DNA from: an uncultured Verrucomicrobiaceae bacterium
GTDB lineage: Bacteria > Pseudomonadota > Gammaproteobacteria > Pseudomonadales > CAMLJR01
DNA length: 64,000 nt
NCBI GenBank assembly: GCA_964500675.1
Contig: CAZCNY010000003.1
Coordinates: 240,129 to 304,128, forward strand
Reading direction: 5' to 3'
Shown: in pieces, positions 59,549 to 64,000 of the stretch
Layout: the number at the start of each line of letters is the position of its first letter
Position numbering within the stretch: position 1 is the first letter of the stretch
Notes under the pieces: model-generated
Seen by the model: the letters and a program-made list of their open reading frames with translations, nothing else
Databases searched by the model: none
What the model was told of the DNA's origin: nothing
Program-made: the position numbers and the translations under genes

Positions 59549-61027
59549 TTAACGCACGCTGCGTCCTCGCACCACGCAGTGCGCGATAAGTGCAAAAGAT
59601 AGCGTCAAGATCGGCCACGAGCCAAACCGCGCGAATGGCGTAAGTCCCGTATAGCCCTGCACGCTGCCCGTCAACACCGCGCGCTCGAATTGCGGAATGC
59701 GCGCGGTGATCTGTCCCTTTGCGTCGATTAACGCGGTGACGCCGTTCACGGTGGCGCGCACGAATGGACGGCCCATTTCGAGCGCGCGCATTTGCACCAT
59801 CTGCAAATGTTGCAGCGGGCCGATCGAGTGGCCGAACCAGGCGTCGTCGCTCAAGGTGAGCAACACATCGGCGCGCGCGTGGCGCACGAGATCGGCGTAC
59901 ACCACTTCGTAGCAAATGAACGGCGCGAAGGTTAAACCGGCGGCTCGTATCGGCGCTTGGCCGGCGGAGCCGGCTTGAAAATCCGACATGGGCAGATTGA
60001 AAAATTCGATCAAGCCGCGTAGATATTTTTCGAGCGGCACGTATTCGCCGAACGGTACGAGATGTTGTTTGTGATAAACGCCGCTGCCGTTGCCGAGCGC
60101 GATCGCGCTGTTGAACGCTCCGTCGTCGGGCGAGCGATAGGGAACGCCGCTGATCAACGCGTGGCCGTAGCGATTTGCGTACCCCACGTTTTCGTCGAAG
60201 AACGGTTTCGCACTGTCATAAAAGGCGGGGATTGCCGCTTCGGGCCAAAACACAATGTCGTTATCGCGCCACAGCGGTGCGCTGAGTTTGCGATAAATGT
60301 CGAGCGTGCTGCGAAAATTATCGGGATCCCATTTCATCGATTGCGGAATATCCGCTTGCACCAGCGCGACTTTGATCGGTGCACCTTGCGGTTGCGTCCA
60401 TGCGATCGATTGCAATCCAAAGCCCGCGAGCCATAACGCGGCAGCGATCGCAGCGGGAATCCATCGGCGCTCAAACAACAGAGAAATTGCGGCGGCACTG
60501 AGTGCGGCGATAAAGCTCAGTGTGTAAATACCGCCAAGCGGCGCCCAGCCGCTGAGCGGCGTCGTTAGATGCGCGTAGCCGACATAGAGCCACGGAAAAC
60601 CCGTGAGCAACCAGTAGCGCACCCATTCCCACAACACCCACCACGCCGCGAAGCCGAGCCAGCGTCCAAGTTTTGCAGCGCGAATCCAGCGCGCATAACC
60701 GTAGCCGAGCAGTGCGTGCATGAGCGCGAGCAGCAGACAAAATCCGCCTGCGAGAAACGCGCCGAGCAGTAACGATGCACCGCCGAAGTCGTGAATGCTC
60801 ACATAGAGCCATGATGCGCCGCTTAAAAATAATCCCGCACCGAAACACCAGCCGCGCCAGGCGGCGCGTGCAGGCGAAATGTCTTCGAGCAGGCGGTGCA
60901 ATGCGACGAGCGCGAGCAGGCCGCACGGCCAGAGATTAAACGGGGCGAGTGAGAATGTGATGAGCGCACCGGCGATGGCGGCAGAGGCATCGCCCAACCA
61001 GAGACGTTTTAGCAGGCGATTGATCAT
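59549..61027 (-). CDS. lnt: apolipoprotein N-acyltransferase
   Basis: Multi-TM N-terminus followed by a nitrilase-like domain (VFWPEAA, ICYE). Confidence 0.93.
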   Translation of the reverse strand: MINRLLKRLWLGDASAAIAGALITFSLAPFNLWPCGLLALVALHRLLEDISPARAAWRGWCFGAGLFLSGASWLYVSIHDFGGASLLLGAFLAGGFCLLLALMHALLGYGYARWIRAAKLGRWLGFAAWWVLWEWVRYWLLTGFPWLYVGYAHLTTPLSGWAPLGGIYTLSFIAALSAAAISLLFERRWIPAAIAAALWLAGFGLQSIAWTQPQGAPIKVALVQADIPQSMKWDPDNFRSTLDIYRKLSAPLWRDNDIVFWPEAAIPAFYDSAKPFFDENVGYANRYGHALISGVPYRSPDDGAFNSAIALGNGSGVYHKQHLVPFGEYVPLEKYLRGLIEFFNLPMSDFQAGSAGQAPIRAAGLTFAPFICYEVVYADLVRHARADVLLTLSDDAWFGHSIGPLQHLQMVQMRALEMGRPFVRATVNGVTALIDAKGQITARIPQFERAVLTGSVQGYTGLTPFARFGSWPILTLSFALIAHCVVRGRSVR

Positions 61028-61040
61028 GTGAGATTTCTTT

Positions 61041-61071
61041 TTATTCGTGGTTCAATTTATTCGTGGTTCAA
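61041..61071. repeat. tandem duplication of TTATTCGTGGTTCAA (two copies, period 16)
   Basis: Copies at 61041-61055 and 61057-61071, in the corC-lnt intergenic region. Confidence 0.75.
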
Positions 61072-61106
61072 CGTCAGTTGTCGTGCCGCGCGGCGATTTA
61101 TCGGGA

Positions 61107-61973
61107 TCAGCCCGATTCATCATGAAAATGCAGTGGGCTTACGCGCAGCAAATGAATCTGGCGTTTGTCGGCATTCATCACTTTGAATTGAAAGCGGCCG
61201 ATGGCCGTGACCTCGCCACGCTGCGGCAAGTGGCCGAGCTTGCGCAGGACGAGGCCGCCGATGGTGTCGACCTCATCGTCGCTCAAATCGGCGTTGAGCG
61301 TTTCGTTGAATTCTTCGATCGTGGTCAGCGCCTTCACGAGAAAATCGGTATCGGAAGCGCGCTTGATGTTGCCGACTTCCTCGACATCGTATTCGTCTTC
61401 GATATCGCCGACGATTTCTTCAAGTACGTCTTCAATCGTCACGAGTCCGGCAACGCCGCCGTATTCGTCGATGACGATCGCCATGTGATTGCGGTTCTCG
61501 CGAAACTCGCGCAGCAGTACGTTGAGGCGTTTGCTTTCAGGTACGAACACGGTGGGACGCATAAGTTTTTTAATATCGAAATGATCGGTGCCTTTGAGCA
61601 CCTGTGGCAGCAAATCTTTGCTGAGCAAAATGCCGAGAACTTCATCCTTGCTCTCGCCGATCACCGGATAGCGCGAGTGCGCGCTCTCGATGATGATAGG
61701 TAGAATATTTTGCAGCGGCTCGTCGGCTTTGATCACTTCCATCTGCGCGCTCGCGACCATGATTTCGCGCACCTGCATGTCGCCGACGTGCAGTGCGCCC
61801 TCCATGATTTTCAACGCATCGCGGTCGATGATTTCGTTGCGCTCGGCTTCGACAAGTATATCGTGTATGTCGTCGCGGCTTTTCGGTTCGCCTGAAAATA
61901 TGTCGGCGATTTTTTCCAGCCAGGATTTTTCTTCGTTGTCCTGGCTTAATCGATCTTCAGACATGATTGACAA
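61107..61973 (-). CDS. corC: CorC/HlyC-family CBS-domain magnesium/cobalt efflux protein
   Basis: A CBS pair is followed by the CorC_HlyC C-terminus. The ybeZ-ybeY-ybeX-lnt synteny supports the call. Confidence 0.9.
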   Translation of the reverse strand: MSIMSEDRLSQDNEEKSWLEKIADIFSGEPKSRDDIHDILVEAERNEIIDRDALKIMEGALHVGDMQVREIMVASAQMEVIKADEPLQNILPIIIESAHSRYPVIGESKDEVLGILLSKDLLPQVLKGTDHFDIKKLMRPTVFVPESKRLNVLLREFRENRNHMAIVIDEYGGVAGLVTIEDVLEEIVGDIEDEYDVEEVGNIKRASDTDFLVKALTTIEEFNETLNADLSDDEVDTIGGLVLRKLGHLPQRGEVTAIGRFQFKVMNADKRQIHLLRVSPLHFHDESG

Positions 61974-62454
61974 TGTTGTCCTCTAGGTAGGGATTTGCAA
62001 AATTCAGTTGGCGTAAAATATCGATTTCGAGTGCTTCCATGATTTCGGCATCGGCATCGTCGACATGATCGTAGCCGAGCAGATGCAGCGTGCCGTGCAC
62101 CACCATGTGCGCCCAATGCGCCTCGCTCGACTTATTTTGCGCGCGTGCCTCGCGTTCGACCACTTCGGCGCAAATGACGATATCGCCCAAGTGTGGCAGT
62201 TTTAATTCAGGCGGCAGATCGGCCGGAAACGACAGCACGTTCGTTGCATAATCCTTACCGCGATACTGCCGATTGAGCATTTCTATTTCTTCTGCATCGG
62301 TGATGCGCACACTTAGTTCGGCCTTGTCGCGCCGCGCGCCGATCGCGGCGCTGATCCAGCGCTTGAATGCGGCGTTGCCCGGTACTTTTTCGCCGCTGGC
62401 ATTTTCGATGTCAACGCGCACACGCGCCGGCTTGCCGCTCATGATGTCGTTCAC
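61957..62454 (-). CDS. ybeY: rRNA maturation endoribonuclease YbeY
   Basis: The zinc motif HGTLHLLGYDH is present. Confidence 0.93.
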   Translation of the reverse strand: MNDIMSGKPARVRVDIENASGEKVPGNAAFKRWISAAIGARRDKAELSVRITDAEEIEMLNRQYRGKDYATNVLSFPADLPPELKLPHLGDIVICAEVVEREARAQNKSSEAHWAHMVVHGTLHLLGYDHVDDADAEIMEALEIDILRQLNFANPYLEDNIVNHV

Positions 62455-63530
62455 GATGAAATGTTATCGCCGCGATTTTTATCGCTGTAATTTTTGTCGC
62501 CGGTGCTTTTAAACGACGCGGATTTGTCGAGCGTGGCGTTTTCGCTCTCGAACGCTTCGTAGGCTTCGACAATCGTCTGTACGAGCGGGTGGCGCACGAC
62601 GTCGCGCGCGGAAAAATAGGTGAAGCTGATGCCGTTGATACCGTCGAGTACTTTCATCGAGTGTGTGAGTCCCGACGGGGTGCCGCGCGGTAAATCGATT
62701 TGCGTGGCATCGCCCGTGATCACGGCGGTCGAACCGAAACCGATGCGCGTCAAAAACATTTTCATCTGCTCGCGTGTGGTGTTCTGTGCTTCATCGAGAA
62801 TGATGAACGAATCGTTGAGCGTGCGGCCGCGCATATAGGCGAGCGGTGCGATTTCGATGACATTGCGCTCGATAAGTTTCGTCACGGCCTCAGCGCCGAG
62901 CATTTCGTAGAGCGCATCATAAAGAGGGCGCAAATAGGGATCGATTTTCTGCGCCAGATCGCCCGGCAAAAATCCAAGTTTCTCGCCCGCTTCGACGGCG
63001 GGCCGCACCAACAAAATGCGACTGACTTTATCGGTGAGCAGCGCTTCGACCGCGCAGGCAACCGCGAGATAAGTTTTGCCCGTGCCCGCCGGGCCGATGC
63101 CGAAATTTACAGCGTGCGTTTGCACCGCGCGGACATAGCCTTGCTGATTTTTGCCGCGCGGTTTGATCGTGATTTTTTTTGCGCGGATGATGGGAATCGC
63201 GGCGACGTTATCTTCTTCAGCTTCGGTGATACCGCTTGCCGCTGGAAAAAAGTGGCGCAGATGCAGGTGGACGAGTTCGGATGAGATAGCGGTGCCACTT
63301 TGTGCATCGGCCAGAAGTGCTAGCAGAGTTTGACGCGCGGCAGAGATATGCGTTGCGTCGCCGCTGATGTCGAACACGCTGCCGCGCGCGTTGATCGCCA
63401 CGTGCAGGCGCTGTTCGATTTGGCGCAGATGCTCGTTGAGTGGCCCGCACACATTCGCCAGCAGGCGCGTATCGGCGGGTTCCAAAGTGAGCTGAAGCGA
63501 TTCAGCCGGTGGTTGGGATGCGTTGTCCAA
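62451..63530 (-). CDS. ybeZ: PhoH-family ATPase
   Basis: The Walker A motif GPAGTGKTYLA and LDEAQN are present. Confidence 0.92.
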   Translation of the reverse strand: MDNASQPPAESLQLTLEPADTRLLANVCGPLNEHLRQIEQRLHVAINARGSVFDISGDATHISAARQTLLALLADAQSGTAISSELVHLHLRHFFPAASGITEAEEDNVAAIPIIRAKKITIKPRGKNQQGYVRAVQTHAVNFGIGPAGTGKTYLAVACAVEALLTDKVSRILLVRPAVEAGEKLGFLPGDLAQKIDPYLRPLYDALYEMLGAEAVTKLIERNVIEIAPLAYMRGRTLNDSFIILDEAQNTTREQMKMFLTRIGFGSTAVITGDATQIDLPRGTPSGLTHSMKVLDGINGISFTYFSARDVVRHPLVQTIVEAYEAFESENATLDKSASFKSTGDKNYSDKNRGDNISS

Positions 63531-63618
63531 AGCAAACCGATAGTGGCGGCACGGGCACTTAGGATAACTCCGCGCGACGCTTGGGGGAAACCCCGTCTAT
63601 TGGGTTTCCAGCAGCGGC

Positions 63619-64000
63619 TTATGAAATGATCATCAATTCTCCACGCAGACTATTTGGCAGCGCCTCGCCAATCACGACATCGGCAAATTCGCCGATCAGG
63701 CTCGCATCGGCTGCGCGGAAGTTGACCACGCGGTTGTTTTCGGTGCGCCCGCTCAGTTCGCCGGGGTCTTTGCGCGACGCGCCCGTGACGAGAATGCGCT
63801 GCGTGGAGCCGACCATGCCGGCACCGATGCGCTGGACGTTCTGAATGATGCGCGCCTGCAAAATGGCGAGGCGCTGTTTCTTGATCTCGGCCGGCGTGTC
63901 GTCGGCGAGTTGCGCCGCGGGGGTTCCCGGGCGCGCGCTGAAAATGAAGCTGAACGAGTTGTCGAAGCCGACCGTGTTGATGAGCTGCATGGTGTCGGCA
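63619..64000 (-). CDS. miaB: tRNA-2-methylthio-N6-dimethylallyladenosine synthase, C-terminal part only (5' end off-window)
   Basis: [14 protein letters not shown] and a TRAM-like end are present. The frame stays open upstream of the track's Met at 63990, through ...ADT at 63991-63999. Confidence 0.9.
   Translation of the reverse strand, partial: ADTMQLINTVGFDNSFSFIFSARPGTPAAQLADDTPAEIKKQRLAILQARIIQNVQRIGAGMVGSTQRILVTGASRKDPGELSGRTENNRVVNFRAADASLIGEFADVVIGEALPNSLRGELMIIS

Overview
This 64-kb window comes from a GC-rich gammaproteobacterial-type chromosome; I cannot assign a genus. I call about 65 protein-coding genes. I saw no rRNA gene, tRNA gene or CRISPR array. From about 35 kb to 64 kb the window is conserved housekeeping synteny: mpl-ubiX, tesB, proA-nadD-rsfS-rlmH-mrdA-rodA-mltB-rlpA-dacC-dat-ybeD-lipB-lipA, then on the other strand holA-lptE-leuS, lnt-corC-ybeY-phoH-miaB. 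The left part and a few pockets are accessory. Both window edges cut genes that the ORF track omits or truncates: a hybrid histidine kinase at 1-2758 and miaB at 63619-64000. The clearest unusual feature is a decayed 1.6-kb AT-rich integrative element in the 5' end of prfC (9.3-11.0 kb). The native prfC start is displaced and left as a 26-codon stub, and the element supplies the start used by the intact gene. The element holds two different integrase N-terminal fragments, two small intact ORFs and paired CGTGTACA palindromes at both ends. Uncharacterised gene modules worth follow-up: (1) a tightly packed TonB-dependent receptor / YfiR-like / hybrid kinase operon; (2) a translationally coupled operon of a membrane protein, a PNPOx-like protein and a PNPOx-GAF-winged-helix-like protein, preceded by a perfect 14-bp palindrome; (3) an lpxO / dedicated carrier protein / AMP-ligase / HemK-like methyltransferase / LplT-like MFS cluster; (4) a rubrerythrin / HdrD-like Fe-S protein / DUF3501 trio. 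Smaller signals include a perfect CRP-type site next to a PEP-CTERM gene, REP-like CCCTCTCC hairpins and several short tandem repeats. All family calls rest on motifs read by eye; no database search was possible.
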